Of a stretch of DNA of 64,000 nucleotides, positions 48,605 to 61,580 are shown in pieces. Under the pieces are notes generated by a model. It made no database searches and had not been told where the DNA came from. It worked only from the letters and a program-made list of their open reading frames with translations. The stretch is from Takakia lepidozioides (taxonomy: Eukaryota > Plantae > Bryophyta): the NCBI GenBank assembly GCA_030704615.1, contig CM060731.1, forward strand, positions 24,614,001-24,678,000. Reading direction: 5' to 3'. How positions within the stretch are numbered: the stretch's first letter is position 1; each line of letters opens with the position of its first letter. A program made the position numbers and the translations under genes.

Positions 48605-50830
48605 TCAAGGCTCCTCCTCAAATTTCTGTTCGCTCTCAATCAGAGGTTCCAGTCCTGGACCAACAGAAATCCTGTAGGAATCGATGAAAAGTATCACAAA
48701 GGGGAGAATCAACAAAAATAGGAAGACAAGAAGAAGCGGAAGACCCAAGGGAACCAGCCATGCCACCAGCAGAAGAAGCACTCCAAATGATTGGAGCCAC
48801 CATCCTGCACCAACCTCATACAATGTGTCAGCGCACATCTCATGATCTCAGAGTGATGCACTTGTTGAAGCTATTATTAAGATATAAAATATTTCACAGA
48901 TAAGATGCAAGACATCCGAGGATCTCAGTTGAACCAAAAGGTAAGAAATGCTCACCGGCACGTGCATGAGACAGTTTCCAGACGGTAGAGTTGGATAGAC
49001 TCCAAGGTGTTAATATTCCTATAACAGAGTTGGGTTCCACATACTGCACCAATCCTCCCAACCATCAGCAATATAATTTCATATCCTGGGTGCTTTCAGA
49101 CACCACCATTAGAAGTTGCTACATTATACAAGATATAGCCCTCCACAAACAGGAAATTCAACTATTGGGAGGTTCTCTCCAGCGTGTGACCTAAGGTTCA
49201 CAACTAGTTACCAACCAATGATTTCCATGTGGATGGTAATTGGAAGGTCCACTGATATTTTTGTACATGCAAGCATTGTGCAGCTGTGGAAGGCTGACAG
49301 CCCCAGCAAGAGCCAAAAATGAGCGCTTGTTGAACACAGTGGAGGATGGGAAACCAAATCCTTGTTACCTTACATCCTTAGGTTCACATTGCCAACAAGT
49401 AAGCCAAGTTGCATACAATTGTGCTGTTACTTCACCAATTCTCATCTTCATTGCCGACAACTCATAACAATCACATACAAAAATTACAGTAGAGGAAGCA
49501 ATTTTCTGCTCTGCATGAAGGGTGTACCTGTACATTGTGACCAAACCAGATGAGAAGCCACAGGGCAACAGTGGCCACAAAAAAACGGGCACCAAAATCA
49601 TGGCTTTTGCTGGTGGCTGCCGTCAAAAGCGTGAAATTATCCACCAAGAAAAGGAATTGGGCTGGCAACACTATGAGTTGAGCCACTGCATGTTTTGACT
49701 CCCCTCTGCCATCCAGTGAATGCCATTTAACTCAATTCTTTTCTGTAGCTCTGGAGAATCTCCATGGCATGCTCAGAGTCACATGGAGTAGTGAGAGAGA
49801 GGAAAGACTCCGGCTGAAGTTGCATCCCCTCGCAGGTATAGGGGTGGGCTCTGTCATCAAATGGTGACATTTGGGCCACCCATGCATCTCTGATTTCCAG
49901 CTGAACGACTTGGAACTTCAAAATTCATTAATACACTTACTAAGGAGACTTGTCTGACAACCCACCCTCTATCAATATTCCCCATAAGATACATATATTA
50001 TTATTTACAACTCAAACAAAATCTCTTCTCTCCTTGCATGTGCACACACAAACCAGTTTCAAGGTCCGAGTGTGGTGCAAGAGTATAATACAGTCTGACT
50101 GGAAAACTGGACCAGATAGAAAATACACAAAATGTGTGATACGTCGGATGGAGCTACTTCGAATAGAACTATTCTAGAGAAGCATAACCAGAAAATACCA
50201 TGAGTCAGGCAGCATTGTCTTCTACCCAGATTCTGCGAGTCTACGATTAGTGTGACATGGATTTGTCTTACTTGATCAGACTCTATGCATGCATTGCACG
50301 GAATGATAAGGTCGGACCCAACTTGCGAAATAAATATTGAAGGACCAGGTATTCACATACCCTTGACTCTTCAGGGCACTATCGCGAACCACCAGCTGGT
50401 ACAGCGTGTATGGGATCGCCAGCTCAAGTACCGGCAACAGCAGAAGACCCAGCCATCGTGGAACCCACCAAAGTGGGTGGCCTGGATGTGCCCACATTTC
50501 ACAAACCTCAGCAACCAGATCCATTAAGTTATCGGTGTATCTCTCTTTCACACACACACTAGCCCTCGCTCTCCCGGTGACATCCCTCCTCACGCCCGTA
50601 TCCTTACAATCACAACTTTGTAAACTTCATGCAGCATAAGAATACAGAATGAAACAACGCATTCCTGATTGAAAGCTCACAAAAGACACACTGGGCTGGG
50701 AAAGTAGAGACAGACCCTGAAGGTCCCACCAAATAGGCACTTTATCCGGCGTCACTTGCCAGTAAGAGGCCGTGGTCATCAGATTCATCACTGCCAGAAT
50801 TGCCGCAACAGCCACTGGATTGCTTGCCAT
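48605..50830 (-). CDS. SdpI/DUF1648-like multi-pass membrane protein, 233 aa. 5 exons: 50830-50716, 50481-50361, 49705-49528, 49043-48956, 48804-48605.
   Basis: Exons sum to 702 nt in an open frame with GT-AG junctions. Motifs PDKVPIWWDLQG and PNSVIGILTPWSLSNSTVWKLSHARAG, plus several hydrophobic segments. Confidence 0.85.
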
Positions 50831-52635
50831 CTCTTCCCCTCGTTCTCAGACACTCAAGTCACCTCTTCCTCTCTCTCGCTGTGTCTCTTACCTATCTCTC
50901 CTGCAGCAGGCAAGAACCACGAGACAAGAGACTGCACTGGGCAGGTGTGTGGCAAGGCCCATATTTAATAAAGGATTTGCTAGCCTGGCCCGTCATGAAT
51001 GCGAGGCCAGGCTGTGCGCCATTGCTCCTCTCTCTCTCTCTCTTTCCCTTGGTTGGAATGTCCATCCAACGATGGATTAAATATATCGGTTAAGTACTAT
51101 AACTAGTATTGATCAACGTTTGATTATTGGAAAAGAACCATCGGTTGAGATATCCCATAATGTTTGCATATAAGTGGGTTAGGGTTAACGATCGTTATCG
51201 CTCAGGCCGTCTCTCTTGAAGCAGAGAGCGCTTACTTGGTGCGTCGGCTGCTAGATCGTCTCTCTTGCTCAAACATCTGTCTGTAAGGCACAGCACTGCG
51301 CTTGGCTGCCCTAGTGAAAGATCCCTTCTCTTCTGCAGGCTGCGAGGAGCGGGATTTCGGACGCTTCAGTGACTGTCTTTTAGGTTGGTTGTGTTCTTTC
51401 ATCGAGGTTTAATTTCCTGGGGATAATGTATTCGTGGTTTCTTGGCTGGTCTGCTCCTTGCTTTTTTGGCCAGGTGTGGTGTAAGGATGGAGGTTTATGT
51501 GAGTGATGGGGCACAGAGAAGAGATGGTGTTTGGACTTGACTGCTATTTCAGTGACACTGTCTATTCTTTGGGCACATTAGCATCGCGGTTCCTTGATTC
51601 ATGTTGGCTTCCGTCCTTGTTGCCCTACGAGTTTGTCAAGTCTTGTCTGTTTACTTTTTTGCATAGACGAATGTGTGCTTCAGAGTTTATTAGGCTCTCA
51701 GGTTGATGTTTTGTTTACGTACAGTAGTGCACTGTTTAATTTCCAGTCAGGCTTAGCTGCCATATCAGTTCACGTTGCATTCTGACTGTCGTGGTTGAGT
51801 GTGTTTTCCCGTTTCTTTATTTCTCTAAATCAAGACTGTAGCATCTTCCTCTACCTGTGCGGTTGTTGTTTCCTTGCCATTCTGCTATCTCTCGTTCTGT
51901 TTCCTTGGCCTTACGTAATTTGCGTTGTCTGTCTGTAGTTTGTTGTGTTTGAGCTTGCAGAGGGTGAAAGGTGGTAGAAGAGAGAGAGGGTAAGAACGCG
52001 TTGCTGTGTGCAGTGCACCTATTGAGGGCCGTATCTGCATCGAAGGTGGCGGTGTGAAGAGAGAGGTAGCTCAGGTAAAGAGGGAGATCAAAACTTCATT
52101 CTCTTATAAGCAAACCTTTCGTCATATGCATATAGATTTCTGCGTGGAGCTTGGACAAGCGGGAGGGAGCGTAAGGGGGTGAAGAGGGAAGAGGGAGAGG
52201 GACAATTGGGGATAAGAAAAACGAGACAAGCACAAACCAGGGAGTGGAAGCATACATGAATCCATTTGCGAAGCACAAGAGTGGGACGCAGTGGGATTAT
52301 GGCCTGTATAAGTTGTGCATACCTGTGGAGCTTCCTGGAGCAAAGGAGGGAGCGATGGAGTTTGAGGGGCTTCGCTCAGACCAAAGATGTCGCTCTTGGT
52401 TTGCCTCTTAGCTTTCTAATCTCAGTGTTAGCAGCTCTCTGCTAATGAAATGGAAAGAAAAGGCCGCATCTGCGTTTCTTTGTAGGTTAATCTTTTGTTG
52501 GCTAGTCCTCGAGTGGTAAGATTGTCCTCAGAGTGATAGCATTTTATAACACTGTTTTTGTTTTGTGAATGTGTGGGTTGTGTACGTCTGACTGAAGGTT
52601 AGCGGCCAGAGGGAGGATCAGACACAGCGACAATC

Positions 52636-55600
52636 ATGAGCATGCGTGCAAGCCGGACCATCTTTGTTGGGAACCTCCCAGGTGACATCCGGGAGCGTGA
52701 GATTGAAGATATGTTCTACAAGGTTTTCTTTCCTATCCTGTCTGGTTGCAAAATCGTTTGCGGAGGATTGTGACATGTTCAGCCGTCACAATGTCTTACT
52801 GAATTGTGTGGTGTATCCTGTAATAAATCCCACTTGCCAAGTCCCTTGGGCTCCTTCCAACAATGGAAAAGAAGTCAGTTTGCATCTTTTTTCTGTTAGT
52901 GCCATGTCTTTGTCAACATGTGTGCATGTGTGTGCAGTATGGACGGATTGTGGATATTGATTTGAAGCTACCTCCGCGCCCCCCTGGATACTGCTTCATT
53001 GAGGTAAAGCTTGCTTGTCGATTGTGAATTGAGAGGCATGTGGATCAGTTGTACTCTGACTCTTGATTATCACCTTGGTACCTGTTGCGTATTCCCATCT
53101 TGTGACAGAATAAACTCTTGCCAATGGTGATCTGGGCATATGTGGACTCAGTTGTTACTTATCTTATAGCTTGATTTGGTAGTACGTATGTCAGAAGCTC
53201 TACTAACACACTGGAAATTCCCATGCCTGCCAATGTATGTATGCACAGGCATTCACTTGTCATGAATGTTTTAATGCTTGACAATCTCAAGGAGTAATCA
53301 CATGTCTTGGTGGACTGACAGCTGTACAAACATTCAGTCTTTCTTTTCAGCTGGCTTCTCTCTGTTATCAAAGGACAACTTGCATCCCCAGTCCTTCCCA
53401 ATTTCTGTCGTAAAATGACATTGTTAGCACTGTCTATTGTTTGCAGTTCGAGGATGCTAGGGATGCAGAGGATGCTATCAGGGGCCGTGATGGCTACAAT
53501 TTTGATGGAAACCGGCTTCGGGTAGGATATTAGATCAGTTCTCTGCGTACTCTTGTGTTGTAATTTTCCAGTCTTGTTTGGCATTTCCAATGACAATCTC
53601 TTACCACTCCTTCTCGAGGCACCCAAGGTTCTGTCATTTCTGTTCTCGTTCACAAACGAGTTTGCAGTGAGGTGTTTTCTCCATTTCAAATGTGGCCTTT
53701 ATAGCGGTGTAATGCTCCGAGTGTATTTGGTGTTATCCCTGTAGGGCAGTAATCCGTCATTTTGAAATGTATTGAGCTGCACTCATGATCAGGCTGGTGA
53801 GAGTGTTCTCTTTGATTGGGGTCAGGGTAAATCCTGACTAGTCTGATGCCTTGCATAGGTGGAAATTGCCCATGGTGGTCGGGGGCCTCCATCATCAGTG
53901 GATCGTCACAGCAGTTACAGCAGTGGGGCTGGTGGCGGTGGGGGTCGTGGTCGGGGAGGAGGTGGGGGTGGAGGTGGGGGCGGCGGTGGGGGCGATGGTG
54001 GTGGTCGCACTGGTGGGGTCTCTCGGCGCTCCGAGTATAGGGGTATGTTGATGCACTTTGTGTGGCCCCAAGGTCTGTCGTATAGTTGACTCTGGTCATG
54101 GAGGGAGTGTGTACACCAATCAACATAATCTTGAATGGGGGTCCTGAAATGAAGAAAGTCTCTGACAACACACTTGGTTCTATCTTGCAGTCATAATCAC
54201 GGGGTTGCCATCATCTGCCTCCTGGCAGGACTTGAAGGTGTGTTTGCAGGCAACATGTTTGGGGGCACCATATTATCCTAATCTCTTGTGAACAGTTTTG
54301 ATCTTAGTGATCCTGGCATCTGCACTCATTTTGGGAATTTTTTGATTCTTCGTCTTCAATTGTGACTAGATCTTGTCCTTGTTACAATGGCTTAGTCTTT
54401 GATTGTGACTCAATCTTGTCATTGTTACAACTCTTGGCCACTATATCTGCCGGTGGTCCATTCTTCCAGCTGCTATGCTGTAGGTGCTATGGGAATGCTT
54501 AGTCATGTAAAAGTTTACTTTTAGACGTGGACTCAATGGGCAATCAAAAACTGATCGGAGTTTGTAGTTGAATGTCCAGTTTGGGGTAGTTTACCATCTC
54601 CTACTGTGCTTCATCTGTTTGTTGTCTCTGTTCAGGATCATATGCGAAGAGCAGGAGATGTGTGTTTTGCGCAAGTTTTTCGTGATGGCAGTGGTAATTT
54701 CCTCTCTGGCATTCCTGTTTGCACAAGAATTCTTTGGAAAGGACGTTTCCATCGATTGATGTATCAAACTTCAATTTCTGCCTATTTTTTTCTGTGCCTC
54801 TTTTACAATTGAAGATTCTTCTCAGAATATTTTGATGGCGCTTTAAACTGCCTTGTTTGATGATCATACACTCTCACTAATAAGACATTGTCTTTGCAGC
54901 TGGGACGATGGGCATTGTTGACTTCACCAACTACGACGACATGAAATATGCAGTATGTGCTCTCCTATCACAGAGAACAGATTAAGAGTGCTTCTTGCAC
55001 AAACTGTTGAAGGCTTTTTATGCAAAGGAGTATCAAGTTGCATTCTCTCTCATGCTCTTGTGTGGGAGTGTCATGGTTGGTAATTCACTTGCAGATCAGG
55101 AAGCTGGATGATTCTGAGTTCCGCAACCCCTTTTCTCGCTCATTTATACGGGTATGAACGAAGTACTCTCTGTAACCATGATTATGTAATTTTATGCTTG
55201 TCCTCTTTACATGTGAAAGTGGGTACATTTTATTGGCATTTTGTATGTTATATGTTCTTAACTACTGTTTCCCGCATTGTTTCTTCCCAGGTGAAAGAAG
55301 ATAAGGGGGACGGAGCCAGAAGAAGCGCATCCCGCAGCCGCAGGTATTTGTGACTAATCCGGATCTCTGGACTTCTATTTGTGCAAGAAGCATGACATGG
55401 TCTGAGCTTTGAATGATGGAGATTGCCCAGTTTACCAATGTTTTTATCCCCTTAAATTAGTTTGGGTCAGTGCACGTTATTCTCTAGCTGTGATGTCAGG
55501 GTCACTTGTTTGCTCAATTCTTTCTGGAAGTTGTTGTCAACCTTATTGTGGAGAGTTGTGCACTTGACTTGACAGGCTACTATCCTAAGGGAGTATAAGA

Positions 55601-56999
55601 AGGGCTTTTAGGTGCTAATTTTTCAAGTATGATTTTTTGCTTGAAGCCGGTCGCGGACCAAGTCATTACACAGCCGGTCACCAGCATCACGATCTCGTTC
55701 ACCGCGGTCCAACCCACCAGCCTCCCGATCTCGCTCACGCTCTGTTCGTTCAGCTTCCAAGTATGCTCCATACGCTGTTTACTGGCATACATTTTTGTAG
55801 TGTGCAGATGTCTTGGATCAGTGGACAGAAGAGATAGAGATAGATACTCAGTAGACCGCATGTCATTTCTTCTGTCACAATGGGTGCAGGTAGTGTATTG
55901 GAGTTGGAAAAGGTGGGATGGGGGAAACTACATCTCATGTGCTAAGTGGTTTGACTGTTGCTAAGTTGACATATTTACTTTCAGAAGGGATGGACTGTAC
56001 TAGGAATTGGAGCTTTCTGTCTGATCTGGTGTGGGTTTGGTAATGCTGTGTCGGTCAGGTCCAAATCATGTTCACCTCTGCGACACTCGGTATGTCCCCA
56101 CCTTTGTAGCAATTATGATTGTTAATCACACCTGTCCCTCGTAGACAATGCAAGAGGTGATTCTTTGAGATCAGTTGCCAGCATGCTGGTCAGCATTCCT
56201 AGTTTTTGGGTAGAGGCTGCAATGAGAGGGTAGTAACTAGTAACAAGGTGAATGCTCATACAGGCGTCGCCTATAAAGGATCGCAGCTGGAGCCTGAGTG
56301 GTAGCCGTTCTCGTTCTCCTCCTGCTGTAAGTACTTATCTCCATCTCCCTATGTTATTTGCCTTACTCTTCATGTTATGGCAGTGATTTGTATGAAATGC
56401 TTGGTGTCTAGTGTCAAATGAATATAGACCCCTATGTTGTCCTTGAGTTTCTTTAGATGGTCTCTTGTTTGCCACTTCCAAGATGGTTCCTTTGTGGAGC
56501 ACTAAAAATAAGTTGTATTGTTTGGCCTGCAAGTCTGTTGTTGATTACTGGTGGTTTGTATTTGCAGAAGGTGGTGGAGAAGAGCACAAGTGATGCAGAT
56601 CGAAGCCCGAGCCCAACTCCTAGAGAAGCAAGCCCAAAAGTGGAAGCTAATGTATGTACATAATTGTCCTTTCCAAGAACGTAGATTGTTGAGTTTAGGC
56701 TTAGCAGATTTCAATCCTGAAGAAGAACAGCTCTGTTTAGGAGCACGCAAGGAGTAAAATGATCTGTTTCCCCTTTTCCCAAGTCAAACGATCAGGCAGT
56801 TGGTATTGACCCCCAGGAATACTACTAATGGTTGTTAGCCAGGGTTCAACTGCCATAGACAGTTGGTTTGTGATGGTCAACTTAAGGTATGTCATGGCAT
56901 GCAGAGATTGGGTTCGTGTTCATTTTATAACAACTGGTCGTGATCTTGCAGGGGAGAGGTTCCGATGTAAGCTCTTCTCCAGTGTCAAATGGAATATAA
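52636..56999 (+). CDS. SR34: SF2/ASF-type serine/arginine-rich splicing factor (SR30/SR34-like). About 14 coding exons: 52636-52722, 52938-53003, 53447-53521, 53859-54042, 54191-54237, 54636-54693, 54900-54952, 55095-55151, 55291-55343, 55647-55760, 56059-56089, 56264-56326, 56568-56651, 56952-56999.
   Basis: RRM1 ([16 protein letters not shown]), Gly hinge, pseudo-RRM SWQDLKDHMR and an RS domain. The last exons are less certain. Confidence 0.93.
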
Positions 57000-57538
57000 G
57001 ACTGAAATTGTGCGTCTGGAAGGAGCGAAGGGATCATGTGTGTGGCGATTCCCCTGTTAACAAGTTAGGGAGTGGTTTTGAGGGTGGAAATGAACTTAGC
57101 TTCACAGAGTTGGTTCAGAGTTTTGTAGTTAGATCTCTCCCGCAGTTTGTGCCATCAGCCATCATTTTATGCAGGTGTAGGTGTGTGTGTGTGTGTTATT
57201 CTTTTTTTTGTTAAAGCGGATTTTCACTTTCGCCTAAACTACAGAGAGGAGACCCATGCAAGCTTGCAGTAGACTATTTTCGAAGTACTTCAACTCTGTC
57301 TATACAGGTAACCTGGATTTATATGAGGAGCATGGAAACTCCACATTACGAAGTGGTGCGACCTAATATGAGTGGTCTTCTAACTCCGCAAGTAATAAAC
57401 AAACTGGCAAGAGTAGCTTTGATTATTGTCTTAACTGTGCAAAAATGAATGAGGGTCTTACAAGTTATGATAGTGGCAAACAAGAATAGAGATGGTAAGT
57501 TGTTTCCTAATTGGCTTAAAAATCTGTGCTAGATGTGA

Positions 57539-58249
57539 CTAGATTTGTGCTTCTATCTCTGCCCCTCCCAATCCGGTGGTTGGCAATGGGTATGTTGCAA
57601 TCCGGATCTTTTCACCAAGCAGAAATCGGCCAACTTGTTTGATGGTTTGAGATAATTTCCTGAAAAGCTTAAATGATATATTATGGGAGTTAATGCGCAT
57701 GGGAAATTGGAAGTTGCGAACTTCCTCAACTGAGAGAGAGGGTTTTGACAAAGTTGCAATCTCTTTTTGATCCTTGCTCTCCTGTTCTGTTGCAATGTAT
57801 AAATATAAGGCTATGGTGGGTGGGGTTCATAATTCATACTTTTGAATCCTGTCTATTCTCTATTTCAAGAAGGTGAGGAAACTGCAGATCCGGAGACTAC
57901 ATACGGATTCTATTGGGCGCGAAAGTGCCAAGAGAGGAAGGGAGGGAAGAGTTTGGTGGTACCATCCTCTGTCCTTGCCTCTCTTATCAGTCATCTGCAT
58001 TCCAGGCAGATAACCTTCTTCATCCACATGACTTTGAATCGGAGTGAAGGGTGGTGGACCTAGCACATGGATTCTCAGACTTTGTGGCTGAAATTTAGGA
58101 AAAGAGAAGCTGTCACTAAATAATTTAATCTGCGCCACTCTGCACACTGGACTTCTGTGCACAGTAAGGAAACACTGTGCAAAGAAGAGCAGAGAAAAGA
58201 GAGGAGAACGGAGGCTCAAATTTAAACCAAGTGCTTGCATCGCAGCCAT
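57539..58249 (-). CDS. Candidate two-exon orphan gene (58249-58015, 57786-57539)
   Basis: MAAMQALGLNLSLRSPLFS start resembles a transit peptide, and there is a phase-compatible GT-AG join. No recognisable domain. Confidence 0.25.
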
Positions 58250-59299
58250 CCATTACGTCCAAATGGACGGTGGAAATCAATCAACATAGCACAAAATCCT
58301 ACTGGTGAATTATCATGTTAGATAGAAGCTGCGAGACCCCTTAGTAAAAAAACAGGGGCCTGAAAAGGAAAAAAAACCAGAAAATGATGGTTCCCCTGGC
58401 CGGGTGGTGCCAAAATGCACCATGGGAACTAGCCCTTTTCGCCTGGGAAGTGAGTTCCCTTGCGCCCTAAATCCAAACGCCCCATCGCACCAAAGACCTC
58501 CACGATCTTGCCACTTGCACTTGTGAGGGCCGTCCAATCGCCAGGGTTTGGTGGGCTGGAGGGGCAAGCCGCACCACGCCCCATCGTTGGTGTTGCCACC
58601 TTCCATCGTCCCTGTTGCGGAAATGTCGTTTGGTATTTGTGTTATATTCTTTTCTTGGAGTGGGCCTTCAAGGTAATAGACCCTGTTGAATTCGCAGGCG
58701 GTAACCTGATGTTGCATTGCTAATTACGGAGGGAGAATGGCGGCTCGATGAGAAAGAAGTGAAGGAGGCGACATCTGAAGGTACAACATTCACACCCCCT
58801 CCCCCAGCGCCCCCATTTTCCTTATATTTGCATGGTGCTTGAGCTTTAGTAGGCGGACTTTACAAGTGGATGGACTGGCACAGGTTATAGGCTGCATGTT
58901 GTATGCTTATTAAGGAGGGTAGAGACTCAGAATGCTATGCTTGTTTGCATGTTGTGCTGTTGGTTTCTACTATAGTGATGTAGTGCAGTGTTAGGTTTTC
59001 TATAGGGAATATGTTATTCATGAGTATCAAAACCATGCCGAAAACTGCAGCTAAATGTATGCTGGCGCACTCTTTTTTTGACAAATACATGGTGAGCTCC
59101 AGGAATCTAGGCAATGCCCAGCCCCTCATATTGGTTTGTGATTCCATGAATCGCTTTCTAATGTTGAAGGTAGTTCAGATTTTTCTGTACCATACCCCTC
59201 AATGGACAGGTTTTGGCTGACCCACAACATTTACCCACTTTCAATCATCAGTTCCCTCATCCACACCACCAAGGGTTCTATTAGTGTCAGATTCCTCTC

Positions 59300-60720
59300 A
59301 AACTACAAGATGATGAATTGCATGAAGTTGTACATTTGAAGAAGTTCAAACCTAACTACGACTTGAATAGAAAGTTTCACTTGGAATGGGCAACAAAGTT
59401 AGCATGGGCTGAAAGAGCGCTTGCAGCAGAGGAAGTCTGTATCTTGTGAGGTGACTGGTGTGCTCCACTATCAACCAGTCTCCCGAAGGCATGGCCCCCA
59501 AGTGAGACACCTTAATCAAGCATGAGGGAAAGAGGAGGGCAGAGAAAGATGTACCCAAGTATAAGGTAAAGAAAGGGGAGTGATACATTACTGTTGATTG
59601 CAAGCACAAAAAGAATGTTGTTTTGTACTATTAATCATGTGCTTCTGCCACTATACTGGAGTAGGCAGTTGTGCCAAACAGAGCTAAGAAGGATAAAAAG
59701 AGGGTTCAGTTCGCTACCATACTTCATGTGCTTTCTAGTGGTCGTCCAATCTAGGAAAAGTCACTTGGCATGAACTCCAAACCATTGTGATAAAACATAG
59801 GGTCCTACAAACTCTTGAAAAATAAAACTTCTAAAAGATTTAGTTTAACAAAGGGTTGTGGTATTATGAAAATTACATTGATAGAAAAAATAGGGGTATT
59901 TAAAAATATATATATATGGGAAGAAGGAAAAAATGGGGGATTGTGAAGCTCGAACTCCCTTCACCATTATGATTCCCTTGAGTGGATGAACGTAAGTAGG
60001 TAACTATGGATGAAATATGAGTTGGGATGGAGTTATGAGGAGGTGGTGATTTGTCTTGCTCTAATAGCTAGTTAGGATTACGAACATACAAAATTTTATA
60101 TAATACTTTAAAATAAAATTGGGTGATAATAATAATAATAATAAATTGATAATTTTTTTTTAAAAATGTCTACAAAAAACTTGTAGTACAAAATTATTTA
60201 ACTTAAGGATTAAAAAAAAACCAAATAATATCCCCAACTATTCACCCGTTGTTTGCAAATGGCAACAAAATTTTATAAGGAGTGATCTCCCCGGGCGTCC
60301 AATGACAGACTTTGTTTATGTTTCATGAGGTCCACAACCACCCAAGGGTGCATTTGAGTAACACATCAGGGTGGATTATGGCTAAATTTATGCATAGCAA
60401 AGTCAAGGATGTTTATGTTGTCATGTGTGAAGCCTGCAAGATATTTAACACTGACTTGTGATGAAAGAACATCTGTGGATAATGGCTCTTGGATCAGCAT
60501 ACATGCTTACATTATGCAAAACTGGGTAAGAGTCCCCATGATGATCTCTCTGCAGAAAATTGTGGATGGGTCAAGGGGGTTGATAACTTGACAATTGTTA
60601 TCATGGATGCTTTGAGGAAGTGTGGAGGACTCTCAAATAGTGGTAATAGCTCAGAAATTGCTATGTTTTGGGACTGATGGGGTGAGTACATTTTCAAGAT
60701 GTAAATAATGGGGTTAACAA
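59300..60720 (+). mobile_element. Degenerate hAT-type (ZNF862-like) transposase, N-terminal/central part
   Basis: KRVQFATILHVLSSGRP|MTDF, YLTLTCDERTSVDNGSWISIHAY, DNLTIVI..GGL, CFGTDG. Confidence 0.75.
59751..60295. mobile_element. 545-bp AT-rich MITE-like insertion with 8-bp TSD
   Basis: CGTCCAAT at 59743-59750 and 60296-60303; imperfect terminal inverted repeats; removing the insert restores GRPMTDF. Confidence 0.8.
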
Positions 60721-60969
60721 ATCTTAATTACTACAACCATGTCACAAAATGAATACATTCATGGGGTGTTTATACTGCATCAGGCAATCAATGTTCTCAA
60801 GAAGCAGACGAATACAACACTTCAACAACAATATATATGGGTCCCGCAACAAAACCAGGAAGGCCTACCACATGCCACAACAACAAACCACATTTAGAAA
60901 CTGCAAATGTAACAGAATTTTTTTTTTTTTTTTTAAATCATATAATGCGTATGGCAGAGGTTCAGATCT

Positions 60970-61230
60970 GCTCACCTTAGCTGGCTTGTTGTCAACTCAG
61001 TCAATTTTCATTTTGGCCAGCAAGCTTCTATACTCAGCCAAAATCCTCTTCAGTGGCTCAATGATAAAAACCCACCGTGTTTTCACATTCTTCAACATTT
61101 TTCAGATCCTTTGTTTCCATCATGTCTGCAGGTTTAATGAATTTCAAATATCTCTTGGGGCTATGGGCAAAGTAGGTATGGCTGGTTTGAAGCAAAGCTT
61201 CAATGTTGTTAACAATTCCCAATTGAGATG
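60970..61230 (-). mobile_element. Inverted downstream segment of the hAT transposase
   Basis: IEALLQTSHTYFAHSPKR..METKDLK(fs)MLKNVKTRWVSIIEPLKRILAEY. Confidence 0.75.
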
Positions 61231-61580
61231 GGAGGGCAGCAAAGCCGTGAGCAGAACCTGTGAGCAGATTCAAAGCGTGAGCAGATTTCTGATGCGGACC
61301 CCAAAACCGTGGGAACAAGTGGGCCTATTGCCGTGGACGCCAACTTCACTACAACGACGCAATCTCCGCTCCATCGGACCAAAGATAGAAAGGCTCCATG
61401 ACGACAAAGTGGCACGAATACACGATAAAACATTCACGGATGAATGGATTTGGGATGGACATAAAAGTGAAATGGATGAACGTTGGATGAAGCACGGATG
61501 AAAAGTTGTCCAGATGAGGGGACTATGGACAACTGTATGAGCATGTCTCGTGAGGGATCAGCAAGTGCAGGGACCAGACA

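Noticed and set aside
53686-54171. His/Pro-rich minus-strand ORF
   Set aside because: It is the antisense shadow of the Gly-rich hinge exon of the SR gene.
60749-61501. 250-aa plus-strand ORF
   Set aside because: It is antisense to an inverted hAT fragment, crosses a poly-T run and repeat junctions, and has no protein-like motifs.
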